Part shown: positions 36,172 through 48,772 of the stretch, piece by piece | How the letters are laid out: each line of letters opens with the position of its first letter | Numbering within the stretch: position 1 is the first letter of the stretch | DNA from: Octopus sinensis | Lineage: Eukaryota | Direction: 5' to 3' | DNA length: 64,000 nt | Assembly: GCF_006345805.1 (NCBI RefSeq) | Contig: NC_042999.1 | Span: 55,676,001-55,740,000, forward strand | Program-made: the position numbers and the translations under genes | The notes under the pieces: model-generated | The model's database searches: none | What the model was told of the DNA's origin: nothing | What the model saw: the letters and a program-made list of their open reading frames with translations, nothing else

Positions 36172-38019
36172 CTTTAAAACAACAGACAAAAATAATAACC
36201 CAAGATCAACAACAGAAGAGAGTTCCAGGAAGCTAGCTGGTTGCAATAGCAACACCATTCTGCACATGTCCCCTCCACACATGCTCACACACACGCACAT
36301 CGGCAACATTTGTCTATTTCTTGAAAATGGAGTCATAACCCTGAAATATTGAATACAAGGTAAGTCAACATTAATTCACATATTAAAAGCACCATCCAAG
36401 TGTGAACGTTGCCAGCCCCACAGATTGGTTCCTGTGCCGGTGGCATGTAAAAAGCGCTATTCAAGAGTGATCGTTGCCAGAATCGCCTTACTGGCACATG
36501 TGCTGGTGGCACATGAAAAACAACACTTGAGCGTGGTCGTTGCCAGAACTGCCTTGACTGGCCCTTGTGCCAGTGGCACATAAAAGCACCCACTACAATC
36601 TCGGAATGGTTGGCGTTAGGAAGGGCATCCAGCTGTAGAAACTCTGCCAGATCAGATTGGAGCCTGGTGCAGCCTTCTGGCTCACCAGTCCTCAGTCATA
36701 CCGTCCAACCCATGCCAGCATGGAAAGCGGACGCTAAACAACGATGATGATGTTTTCTTGTGATTTACCTTGCACTATTTTGGCCTTACTCATGATCCTT
36801 TATACAAGCAATTTTTTTTTTGTTGAAGGACAGGGAAAAATGTGAAATGAGTTAAGAGGGATGCTTCGACAAACAGTTATGAAATGTCTTTAATCAAAGG
36901 TCTGTTTAATGAGGACTAAACTGGGATCAAACAACAACACTAATGTCCCTGGAAATGTTCGAATCCCCAAACCAGAGATTGGCAAACTTCTTATGTCACT
37001 AATCCCTTCAATGTGGAGTCATTGATAACTTACCAACCTCACTAAACCCATTGTGTCGTCATCATCATCATCATTTAATGTCCACTTTCCCTGTTGGCAT
37101 GGGTTGGACGGTTTGAGTGAAAACTGGTAAGCCAAGGAGCTGTACCGGGTTCCAATCCAACTTGGTAAGATTTCTATGGCTGGGTGCCCTTCCTAATGCC
37201 AACCATTCTTGCAAGAGTGTAGTGGGTGCTTTTTACATGTCACTGGTATCAGCCACAATCACGATCTCACTTGGTTTGACAGGTCTATACAACCACGGTT
37301 TTCTTATATAAAAATTTAAAAGTATAATTAATAAAAATAATTTATTGATTTAAAATCATGCATCAGCATGGCCACAGCTCTGAGCTGAAACTAGAGAGAA
37401 AAAAAAAAAAATAATCCCTTTGTACTTTTGTGTCCTTATTACTTTTTAATAAGAAATAGTTAAAGAAATTTAATGCAAATACTTAATGAAATTGATAAAG
37501 GACAATAAAAATTTAATCATTATTTTGGTTTCAAATTTTGGCACAAAGCCAGCAATTTCGGGGATAGTCAATTATGTCAATCCCAGTGTTCAACTGGCAT
37601 TTATTTACCGACCCCTAAAGGATAAAAGGCAACACTGACCTCAACAAAACTCAGAGCATAACGTCAGAAGAAACGTTAAGCATTTTGTCCTGTGCAGTAG
37701 CCATTTTGCCAACTCATTGCCTTATTTATCATCATCATCATCATCATCCAGTGTTTTAAATCCAGGTCTTGTCTCCATTAACAGGGGTAGCCAGATCTAC
37801 CTCAATGCTATAGCACCCGAAGTAGGCAGGTGCAACCCACTCCAACCTTTGGGTTGGCTGGTGCCCATTCTCCCTTGCTATCATGAGGCTTTTTTGGAGC
37901 TGGATTTTCTATAGGGCTCATGCCCTTGCTTAGCCCCAGCCTCAGTTTCTAGACATGAGTGGTCCCAAGACCAAAGCCTCTAACATGATTTTTAAGAAAT
38001 GTGGTGGAAAACTAGCTCA

Positions 38020-38370
38020 GGAAGGCAGGAACGCTACACCCTGAAGCAGAGATGTTACTCCTTGGGGCAGAGATGCTACTCCCTGAGGCAGGGACGCTAC
38101 TCCCTGAGGCAAAGATGCTACTCCGAGGCAGGACGCTACTCCCTGAGGCAGGGATGCTACTCCCTGAGGCAGGACACTACTACCTGAGGCAGGGACACTA
38201 CTCCGAGGCAGGGACACTACACTCTGAGGGAGAGATGCTACTCCCTGAGGCAGGGACACTACTCCCTGAGGCAGGGATGCTACTCCAAGCATGGACGCTA
38301 CTACTCTCTGAGGCAGAGATGCTACTCCCTGAGGCAGGGACACTACTCCGAAACAGGGATGTTACTCTCT
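38020..38370. repeat. GC-rich minisatellite, ~19-21-bp unit (tactccctgaggcaggga(c/t)(a/g)c)
   Basis: About 17 variant units, directly visible. Confidence 0.92.
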
Positions 38371-39061
38371 GAGTAGTCATGTTATACAGATATACTCAGA
38401 GTATTCACAGTGAAATTAGTATTTGGTTCATATTGCATTATATTTGGCAGGAGCTTAGTGAGTTTTGGCCTTTAAGTAACCAATCTTTTATCTTTTACCT
38501 GTTTCAGTCATTTGACTGTGGCCATGCTGGAGCATCACCTTTAGTCAAACAAATTGACCCCAGGACTTATTCTTTGTAAGCCTAGTACATCAGTCTCTTT
38601 TGCCGAACCACTAAGTTACAGAGACGTAAACACACCAACATCAGTTGTCAAATAATGGTGGCGGGGACAAACACAGACACACAGATACACACACACACAT
38701 ATAAATACTACAGGTTTTTTCAGTTTCCGTCTACCAAATCCACTCACAAGGCTTTGGTGGGCCCGAGGCTATAGTAGAAGACACTTGCCCAAGGTGCCAC
38801 GCAGTGGGACTGAACCCAGAACCATGTGGTTCATAAGCAAGCTACTTACCACACAGCTACACCTGCACCTATAAATGTTCAAAATGTTTTCAGGTGTTTT
38901 TCATGGATAGCCACATAGACACCCAGCCCCCACAGGTGTCACTATTGACCACTTTGCTGATACCTGCTCTAAACCAAATGTTAAAATTCCCACACTTTAA
39001 TCTGTATAAGACATGATGAATAAGGGAGAGGAAATACCTTTTGCGAATAATTGCTTACCTT

Positions 39062-39358
39062 TTACATTGTTTACCTTCGGCTGATATACCCTCCAGCCTT
39101 CTTCAGGTGTCTCATTCCTAAAGTATTTTTCGATGTTATTAATAATAACATCGAAAAATACTTTAATAATAATATTAATAATAATGACATTGAAAAATAC
39201 CTTAGGAATGAGAACCCAGGTTCAAAATTTCTCCAAGACACCTGATGAAGGCTGGAGGGTATATCAGCCGAAACGTGTTAACAACAAACAAGATGAGGAC
39301 AAATATCCGTCAAATGTAAATAATGTAGATAATTCCTCATCTCAAATATAGAACTGTA
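39062..39358. mobile_element. Second family-A Penelope-like inverted element; TSD includes the exon 11 donor
   Basis: Same arms and the same ...aaatatagaactgt terminus as 27423-27792; 14-bp TSD taattgcttacctt (39048-61 / 39359-72). Confidence 0.82.
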
Positions 39359-39369
39359 TAATTGCTTAC

Positions 39370-39458
39370 CTTCCATACAATCCCTTAAGTATTTTGGTGT
39401 TTTCACTTTCTGTTCTTGCTTATCATGTGACATGTCGAAGGGTTCAAAGTCATCATCA
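39370..39458 (-). CDS. TELO2: TELO2 coding exon 11 (DDDFEPFDMSHD...PKYLRDCME)
   Basis: Acceptor ttgttggcag|T, donor GAAG|gtaagc; 89 nt; phase 2 to 1; matches human DDEFVPYDMSGD...PAYVRDCVE. Confidence 0.93.
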
Positions 39459-40675
39459 CTGCCAACAATAATTTACAGAGAGAAATACAACAACAGTGAA
39501 ATGTATTGAACAAAGAATATGCAAATTAACATGTGGCTAACAGCTGACACTATACAATACAGGTCATATATAGTCTAGATTAGGGTGGAGAACCCCTTAA
39601 TCACATTCAATTGTCCACAACAAAGTCCACCTTCTGTGATAGGAATCACAATGCAGTTTCAATGTAAAGAGAATGGTGACAATACATATTTAAAAATATC
39701 GTTATTTGTAGCGGAGTGAGGGTGTATAACCTAGTGATTAGGGTGCTGCACTAACGACTGCGAGATCGTGGTTTCAATTCCTAGATTGGGTGTTGCATTG
39801 TGTTCTTGAGCAAAACACTTCATCTCACCTTGCTCTGTGATCTCTTTGCCACCTGATGCGTGGCACACTGTGCCCCTGTTCAGGCAATGTCGATTTGATG
39901 GAGAGAGATAGTGAGCTGACGTACAACACACACATTTGATCATTATAAACAAATCATTTGTATTTCTTTACTGCCCACAAGGGGCTAAACACAGAGGGGA
40001 CAAACAAGGACAGACAAAGGGATTTAGTCGATTACATCGACCCCAGTGGGAAACTGGTACTTTATTTATCGACCCCGAAAGGATGAAAGGCAAAGTTGAC
40101 CTCGGCGGAATTTGAACTCAGAACATAACGACAGACGAAATACGGCTACGCATTTCGCCCGGCGTGCTAACGATTCTGCCAGCTCACCACCTTTTGTGAT
40201 GATTGTTCATTAAAAACCAAACAGATAATACGTTGTCTTCAATGAAAAGTTCCAAACTCCTAAATACATCCTAAACTGTATTTTCATTCTTACAGAAGCC
40301 TACACCTGTCACCGCATCAAGGTAGAAATGACAGCACAGTTTAGATGTTATGGTAGAATATTGTCTAACAAAATATCAAATGTAAATAAACAGCTTGAAT
40401 ATTTTAATATAAAAGACAATACAGTTTATATCAAATAAAGTTAATTAAATTTAAGCAATGTATTCATGAATGGTTAACGAGTTGGATGTAATGCTGAAGA
40501 TGGAGCAAGGACCCCTGTAATACGCAAATACACCCATTACTATTTTCCCATCTCTGCACATTGTTTACACAGATGTATTTGTATACAGAGTGTTATAACT
40601 TTCAGGGCTGGCTCTAAACTCTTTACAAAAAATCTGTAGAGATACACTTAAAGATGAAAACAACACATTGCTAAT

Positions 40676-40991
40676 CAGTGGCAGACTGGCCAGGTTGCCA
40701 GCTTGCCCGATGGCAAGTGGGCCCCTGTGCCATTAAAATCCATACATGGTGGCCCATGTTAGCATCTAAGGGACCCATTCCCTCAAGTTTGAGAATTTTT
40801 TATTCACTCCTGGAAGAATGCATTAATCATTTCAGCTTGGCTGTATTTGTAGACAGTTGAAAACAATACTTTTAACAAAAAAAAATATAAATAAATGATA
40901 GCATTATAGTTGTGGGTAAGCCCCCTTGTAGTTGCGGGTGGGCCCCCTGAGTCTCCTGGCAACCAATATTTTTAGACCCAGTCCGCCACTG
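40676..40991. mobile_element. hAT MITE
   Basis: 14-bp TIRs CAGTGGCAGACTGG / CCAGTCCGCCACTG (1 mismatch); 8-bp TSD ttgctaat / ctgctaat. Confidence 0.88.
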
Positions 40992-41214
40992 CTGCTAATA
41001 CAAGGTAAGATATAATACTGACTTGTCAACCTTTGATATACTTGGTTGTAGAATATGGTTGCAAAATGAGATACTGTGACCCTATTAGCAGTAAATTACA
41101 TTTCAATATTATAGGTTAAAAAATAGAACAAAACTTAAAATGAAACAAACTGTACTTGTATGGTTAGAGTGTAAACAACACAAAAACAATCAACTTGCTA
41201 AATATGCAACAGAC

Positions 41215-41328
41215 CTATCAAGATCTGATTCTTGATTCTCCGATATTTTTTCCTGATCCTTTTTCTTTGTCACATTTTCAGAAGGTTCTGTGATATTTTC
41301 AGATACTTCACTAATTTTCTCAGCCACC
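41215..41328 (-). CDS. TELO2: TELO2 coding exon 10 (VAEKISEVSEN...ENQESDLD; acidic linker)
   Basis: Not in the ORF track. Acceptor aatttag|G, donor GATAG|gtctgt; 114 nt; phase 2 to 2; ends in SDLD(S), the first half of the conserved SDLDSDD motif. Confidence 0.85.
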
Positions 41329-41557
41329 CTAAATTTTGATTAAAGCCAGAAATAAAAACATTAGTGACCTATTTTGACAGTGTGTATATATTTACAATAT
41401 TTATATCTTCACTATTAACTGTATCTTTAGAAAGTCATCATCAACAATCATTTTTCCAATGTTTGCATTGGTCGGAGAAATACAGATTTTCTGTAGTCAG
41501 ATGCTCTTCCCATCACCAACCCTAAACTGCTTCTGAACAAGGTAATATTTGCCTGTG

Positions 41558-42063
41558 AGTCTAGGACATTTACCCTCCCCCATAGACAATAATCCCCCCA
41601 CCAAGGACAATTACAACTGAGGACAACAGATGATGATTTAAAACTTCTTAATATATGGGAGGTGGAGGCACATGGCCTAGTGGTTAGAGCAGCGGACTCG
41701 CAGTCGAGGAATCACGGGTTCAAATCTCAGACCGGGTGATGTGTGTGTTTATGAGCGAAAACACCTAAGCTCCACGCGGCTCCGGCAGAAGGTAATGGCG
41801 AAATTCGGCTGACTCTTTCGCTGCAGTTTTCTCTCACTCTTTCCTCCTGCATCTTGCAGCTCACCTGCGATGGACTGGTGTCCCGTCCAGGTGGGGAACC
41901 TATACACCAAGGAAACCGGGAAACTGGCCCTTATGAGCCAGGTGTGGCTCAAGAAGGAACAAACAACAACAACAACAATATATTGGAGAGGGATATAATT
42001 AACCAAGGGGGTTAATTGATCAAGGGGGTAGTTGTCATATGTGGGGGTAATTGTCCTGATACA
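41558..42063. mobile_element. Mutator-like MITE with a nested SINE
   Basis: Subterminal ggacaattacccc-type motifs at both ends; perfect 9-bp TSD ttgcctgtg (41549-57 / 42064-72); SINE at 41664-41979 inside. Confidence 0.8.
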
Positions 42064-42792
42064 TTGCCTGTGGCCAGATATGATTTTTGCAGAATAGTAG
42101 AAAGGAACGACACCACTTGTATGACAGTGATACTCGTTTACAACTATCACAGAACATCAAGACAAAGAGATACAAATACACACACACATGATGATGAGGA
42201 TGATGATGGTTGTCCACTTGTGACCAAGGAAGACCATCACTGACCAGTACTCACGCAAAATGTCAGCAATGCCCGTGTGTGAGGTTATTGCATGAGCAAT
42301 CGGCTTCACCCAGGTTCGTATCTGCGACTTCTATGCTTGCCGTGATGCCCTCTGACTCAACTGGACATCAAATACTTGCCTCACTGGCGATTTGCACAGA
42401 CTAAAATTTTAGTTCCAATAAGGCCTGCACAGAACTTCACAGACTCTCACCACCCAAATGACATGATCTAGAGACAAGTCAGGGAATTATGTCCAGTACC
42501 GATATGGGTCGCAGGTTCAGGAATATAGGGAGCACCGAAATGTTCAATGCCATGTAAAAACATGTAAAAGAGAAAAAGTGTGTGTGTGTGTGTGTGTGTG
42601 TGTGTACACAGACAAAAGAGAACAATTTGCGCAGACACAAGATGTACATGAATGTGTATGAGAAGAAAAGGTATGTGAGAAAGAGGGAGAGATAGAAAAA
42701 AAAAGAAAAGAGACAGACAGACAGACAGACAAAGAAAGAGGAGTATAAGGACAAATACATCAACTTGGTCAGTATAAGAAGATGGTCTGTAC

Positions 42793-42854
42793 TTAGGTTT
42801 CTCTGGAGGAATGGCCAACTGCTGCAGTGTTTTGATATCATCAGACATTTCATA
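42793..42854 (-). CDS. TELO2: TELO2 coding exon 9 (YEMSDDIKTLQQLAIPPEKP)
   Basis: Acceptor tctctcacag|TAT; 62 nt. Donor AA|gtacag was chosen because it is the nearest GT giving the phase 2 required by exon 10. Matches human YEEDELSLELLALA. Confidence 0.72.
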
Positions 42855-43159
42855 CTGTGAGAGAAAAGAGAAGAGAGACAGACAGAAATTAATATATATA
42901 TATGTGGTTAGAATCAGTGAAATACAGAAACAAAGAGAGGTACGGTAACATGGAGTTATGGTAATACATAGAAACAGAACAACAGAGATGTGGTATGGCT
43001 GTCAAGATTTGATATAATATACAAATACACACACACACACACGTATTGGTATAAATGGATTATACCATTGAGAGATATGTGATATTGACAGGGATACGGG
43101 GAATATTTTGTGGAGAGACAAAAGTTCAGTTCTATATTTAAGAGATGAGAAATTATGTA

Positions 43160-43810
43160 CATTATTTACATTTGACAGTTATTTGTCCTCATCTTGTTTG
43201 TTGTTAATACGTTTCGGCTGATATACCCTCCAGCCTTCATCAGGTGCCTTGGGGAAATTTCGAACCTGGGTTCTCATTCCTAAAGTATTTTTCGATGTAA
43301 TTATTATTATTATTCAGGTCACTACTTAGAATCAAACTGGGAATCTTGGGGTTAGTAGCACGCACTCTTAACCACTATCGAGTGAATTTTAGGGCTTATA
43401 AATCTAATATTTTCCCCAGGCTACTAACCCCAAGATTCTGAGTTTGATTCCAGGCAGTGACCTGAATAATAATAATAATGATAATTATTATTATTTCTTT
43501 ATTGCCCACAGGGGGCTAAACATAAAGGGGACAAACAAGGACAGGCAAAGGGATTAAGTCAATTACATTAACCCCAGTGCATAACTGGTACTTATTTCTT
43601 CAACCCTGAAAGGATGAAAGGCAAAGTCAACCTCGGCGGAATTTGAACTCAGAACACAACGGCAAACAAAATACCGCTAAGCACTTCGCCTGGCGTGTTA
43701 ATGCATCAAAAAATACCTTAGGAATGAGAACCCAGGTTCGAAATTTCCCCAAGACACCTGATGAAGACTGGAGGGTATATCAGCCAAAATGTTGTGTTAA
43801 TAACAAACAA
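43160..43810. mobile_element. Third family-A inverted element, interrupted by a SINE (43495-43706) and RTE tails
   Basis: Hammerhead-like copies at 43203-43248 (-) and ~43753-43800 (+; G12 mutated). Confidence 0.7.
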
Positions 43811-44714
43811 AATCATCATCATCATCATCATCATCATTTAGCGTCCGTTTTCCATGCTAGCATGGGTTGGACGGTTCAACTGGGGTCTGGGGAGCCCGAA
43901 GGCTGCACCAGGCCAGTCAGATGAGGACAAATATTCGTCCTCATTCGAGACAAAAATGAGGACAAATATTCGTCAACCATCCAAACGTGGTCGTTGCCAG
44001 CGCCGCCCCCACTGGCCTCCGTGCCGGAGGCACGTAAAAAGCACCATCCGGTTGTGGCCGTTGCCAGCCTCGTCTGGCCCCCGTGCTGGTGGCACGTAAA
44101 AAGCACTATCTGATCGTGGCCGTTTGCCAGCCTCATCTGGCACCTGTGCAGGTGGCACGTAAAAAGCACCCACTACACTCACGGAGTGGTTGGCGTTAAG
44201 AAGGGCATCCAGCTGTAGAAACACTACCAGATCAGACTGGGCCTGGCGCAGCCTACTGGCTCCCCAGACCCCAGTTGAACCGTCCAACCCATGCTAGCAT
44301 GGAAAACGGACGTTAAACGATGATGATGATGAATGGAGACAAAAATTGTTGCCATGGAGCCTAGTCAAGCAACACTATCAACTACACCAGTTATAACTCA
44401 CACACACACACTAATGCCAGTACAAATACACACACACTGTTGTCAATACACATACACACACAGAGGAACTGAACCATTCATCCACTGACAACAAATGTCC
44501 TTCCCAGTCAGACAGAAGTTACATTTTATTTTTCAGGCAGATATAATCTCTCATCTAAGTTCAAAGTTTGAATTAATGACTGTAACAGCAGTTGAACTCA
44601 TGACCCAATGGTCAGCAGTCGTGTACCTTAACCTACTTCAATCTAGAACAACCAACACCAAACACCGAAAACATTCTGATACTTCAAGGTGCAACAGGAC
44701 AACAAAGAACTTAC

Positions 44715-44851
44715 ACCGAACTTCAATTCAGCCCCATCAAGTTGAAGTTTGGCAACCATCAGTTCTGTGACTACCATTCCGAGACGATGAATGTCACCGC
44801 TAATGCTTTCCAGGTGATTCTGCATACCATACATTATAGACGAGACTAGAT
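44715..44851 (-). CDS. TELO2: TELO2 coding exon 8 (LVSSIMYGMQNHLES...RLGMVVTE...LKFG)
   Basis: Acceptor tttgtag|AT, donor GGT|gtaagt; 137 nt; phase 1 to 0; matches human LLASMMAGVKCRLDS...RRLGMIVAE...LKFQ. Confidence 0.92.
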
Positions 44852-44989
44852 CTACAAATGAGAAGAAGAATACATATTAGAAACCAATGCTATTGCCTGT
44901 ATAAGTACTGCTCATTTACAACTATTATGTGATGCTAAGACAAAGAGACACAATCCCACCACACACACACGTCTGTCATCATCACTTAA

Positions 44990-45452
44990 CCCTTTCATTA
45001 CCAACCCGGCTGAAACTGCTTCTGGCTCAGTAGTACAAATGTCTTGTTTCCATAATTTTTTAATTAAAATCTTAGTCGCAATTTATGTTCCTAACACTAG
45101 CTGAATGATAACTAAGTTATTTTACTAAATTCTTTGTTATATTTAAAATTAATTGAAAGAAACAGAAAGTATCTCAAAATAATTATGGTAACAAAAGGGT
45201 TAAAATATATAATAGAGAAACCATTCTTAACCCTTTCATTACCAACCCGACTGAAACCACTTCTGGCTCAGTAGTACAAATGTCTTGTTTCCATAATTTT
45301 TTAATTAAAATCTTCCACCAAACCTTAGTCGCAATTTATGTTCCTAACACTAGTTGAATGATAACTAAGTTATTTTACTAATTTTTTTGTTATAATTAAA
45401 ATTAATTGAAAGAAAAGTAGAACTTCTCAAAAGAAATACAGTAACGAAAGGG
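44990..45452. mobile_element. Two tandem piggyBac-type MITEs (44990-45199; 45231-45452)
   Basis: Each starts TTAA|CCCTTTCATTAC and ends GTAAC(A/G)AAAGGG|TTAA; the internal sequences are near-identical. Confidence 0.88.
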
Positions 45453-47151
45453 TTAATGCCCCCGTTCCACACTGGAATGGGTTGGATGGTTTGACAGGAT
45501 CTAACTATTCAGAGGACCACATCAGGTTCCAATACCTATTTTGGAATGGTTTCCACAGCTGGATACCCTTCTTAATGCCAACCACTTACTGTAAGTGCTG
45601 GTGCCTCATTAACATACCCATGCCAGTGCTGCATAAAGGCACCCAGTACACTCTGTAGAGTGGATGGTGTTAGGAAGGGCATCCAACCGCAGAAACTAGG
45701 CCAAATCAGACATGGAGCCTGGCCAGCTCCTGTCAAACCATCCAACCCATGCAAGCATGGAAAATAGACGTTAAATGATGCCGATGATGATTTACAGAGT
45801 GTATTGGGAGCTTTTTCTCTTGATAGTAGCACTTGTGAGGTTAACATGTAACTTATAAGATCCCTTTCAACTGAGAAGGACAATAGTAGAGAGGGAGGCA
45901 GCCTTATTATATGCGTGTGTGAAGGCAGCGAGCTGGCAGAATGCTTAGCGGTATTTCATCTGTCTTTACATTCTGAGTTCAAATTCTGCTGAGGTCGACT
46001 TTGCTTTTCATCTTTTCGAGGTCAATAAAATAAGTACCAGTTGCATACTGGAGTCGATCTAATCGACTGTCCCCCCTCCGCTCTCCCCCAAAATTTCGGG
46101 CCTTGTGCCTAGAGTAGAAAAGAATATGTGTGTAATAGTGTGTCTCTAACTATAATGAGCTTCTTTCGGTCTCCATTCCCAAAGTTTTGGTTGACTCAGG
46201 GCTATACTAGGAGACACTTGTCTAAGGTGCCTGTCACAGCAGGATTGAACCTGAGTGCATGTGGTTGGCAAGTGAACTTCTTAACCACACAGCCATGCCT
46301 GCAGCTTTACATATATCAACTCTGGCCAAAACAAGCTTTTAGGGTCCTCAAAGCTCCACACTTTCTCTTCTCGTTTGCCAGTGACTTATTTTCCAGAGTA
46401 CTTTCCAGAGTATTTTCCAGACTGCATTTTCCATGGCACCAGCACAGGAAAGGTTGTCATGCTCCTCAGTGCCTCTAGAGGTGGTAATAAGTGCTGGCTT
46501 TCCATCATGGCTGGAATACATGAGGTGAGGGACTGTGTACACAAGAAATAATGAATAAAAGGATTCAATAACATGTATGGACTGAGAGGGAGGATGGTGA
46601 ATACGAGAGAGAGAGAGAGTAGTGACCACAGCCCAGTCAGAAACAGGTGGGAGGAGTATCAAAGTAAGTGCAGAGAGCATCTAAAAGTTTAAGATTTAAT
46701 CAAGTGGCCAAAGAGGGGATTAGGAGAGAGAGAGAGAGAGAAAGAGAGAGATGACATCAGATGGGTCAGGGTGTAAGTAGGAGGAAGAGTTTGATGAGGA
46801 GGCAAGGTCTTTTGAGGTATAGTAGTCTGGAGTGGAATGACTGGTAGTAGCAGAGGTGGATAAAGGCAAGGGAGGGTGGTGAGATATGGGTAAAAGTAGG
46901 TGATGGGTGGCGACACAGAGAGCCTAGCAAGGGAAGAGAATGATGGCTGGTAGTAGGGAAGGATAAAGCTATAGTGTATTGAATGGGAGGCAAAAGGGAG
47001 TCTAATGCAGTCTGTAATACATGGGCCTATGAAGAGCCAGGGACTCAGGGTGGTAAGGATGATGCAGTCAGTATAGGTGATGGGAAATGAAAGATGGGGT
47101 GCAATGAGCAAAAAGGGTAGGCATAAGTTACAGAAAATAGAGAGAACCCAC

Positions 47152-47293
47152 CTTTCCGTAGCGATTGGTCTTCTTTATCAGAGAGGAACCCGTTAGAGAT
47201 GACAATAGCAGATGAAATATAGTAGTGTTGTTCATAGGAGGTGTGTCGTATGGCACTCGTGTCACCCCACACATTCACAAGGTTTTTGATTAC
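47152..47293 (-). CDS. TELO2: TELO2 coding exon 7 (VIKNLVNVWGDTSAIRHTSYEQH...SLRK)
   Basis: Acceptor ctttcag|, donor G|gtgggt; 142 nt; phase 0 to 1; matches human [23 protein letters not shown]. Confidence 0.92.
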
Positions 47294-48772
47294 CTGAAAG
47301 AATTTAGATAAAATAAAATAAAATAAAATGAAAAAAAATAAAATTAGTAGAAACTGGTTCCACACCTTGATTCCGGTTCATTTAGTTATATTTTATTTCA
47401 ACACACATCATTGCACTACTGTCCACCTCCTCTTCCTCCTCCTCACCACCACCACCACCATCATCCTCATCATCATCATAATGATGGTGTATGTGTAAAT
47501 TTCTTGGAGTTATAGTAATGTCCAATAATGGTTTAGAATTATGATGGATACGATCTGAATTACTTTAGTCATCATTACCATCATCATCGTCATTATTAAG
47601 GCAGCAAGTTGGCAGAATCATTAGCAAGCTGGACAAAATGCTTAGCAGCATTTTACCCATTGCTATGTTCTGAGTTCAAATTCTGCCATGGTTGACTTTG
47701 CCTTTCAGCCTTTTGGGGTCGATATATTAAGCACCAGTGAAACACTGGGGGCAATGTAATCAACTAGTCCCCACCCACCACCAAAAAAATTTCAGGCCTT
47801 GTGCCTACAGTAGAAAGGATTATCATCATCATTATTTTTTCACATCCTCCTTTCATTCTGGCATGTGCTGAATGGGTCACTATGGATGGTCTGAACAAAT
47901 CTTCAGAACCACTTCTCACCTGGATGGGTCAAAGAACCACATTTCAATCCTGTTTTGTTTTTGACATAATTTCAAAGGCTACATGTTCTTTATCCACCTC
48001 TGCTACTACCAGTCATTCCACTCCAGACTACTATACCTCAAAAGACCTTGCCTCTTCATCAAACTTACAGTGTGTGTACTGGGTGTTCTTTTTCCTTGGG
48101 ACTAGCATTAAAGAAGTGTAACAACCCTTTTCATTTCACTGAGTGTAGAGGGGTGCTATCTTTGAGCCATCAGCACATAAGAGAGGCGTCATGTCTTCAC
48201 AACTATACAAAGTGTACTGAGCGAATTTTTGTTGTGGCACCAGCATATGAGAGGTAGCTGCATCCTTAACAGGCATTCCATTGGTTATGATGGCAAAGGT
48301 TCCAGGTGATCTAATCATCTGGACAGCCTACTCATGAGGTTAACGTGCAAGTGACTCAGCTCTCCACAGCCATGTGTAGCCTTAATGTAGTTCTCAGGGA
48401 GATTCAACATGATGCAGAATGTGTCAGGGCTGGACCTTCTGAATTACAGGTCCAACAAATTTTGGCCAGCTGAGTGGACTGAAGTGTCTTGCTCAAGGAC
48501 ATAATGCACTACTGAGTATCAAACTCATGACCTTATGATTGTGAGCTGAACACCCTAACCACAAAGCCACATGTGTCCTTAGCACAACTAAAAGGCCCTC
48601 ACAGGCCCACATCTTTGCTGAACCCCCAGCGTTTGACGCTGATACAAAGGATGTGTGATAGAAGGGAGAGCAGGAGGGTTACTCACCAGACGGAAACCAA
48701 ATCATGTGGATTAAGGGATCAACAGATGTTGAAATACATTGTTGGAAACTAATAAAAGATTCTGAAATTTAC

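Noticed and set aside
38017-38380. 100-aa repetitive ORFs on both strands
   Set aside because: They arise from the 21-bp minisatellite; no splice-phase fit to TELO2.
39237-39281. Family-A hammerhead copies at 39237 (+), 39075 (-), 43203 (-), 43753 (+) and 20860 (-) as active ribozymes
   Set aside because: Each lacks the cleavage-site nucleotide, the GAAA, a core base or the helix I partner.
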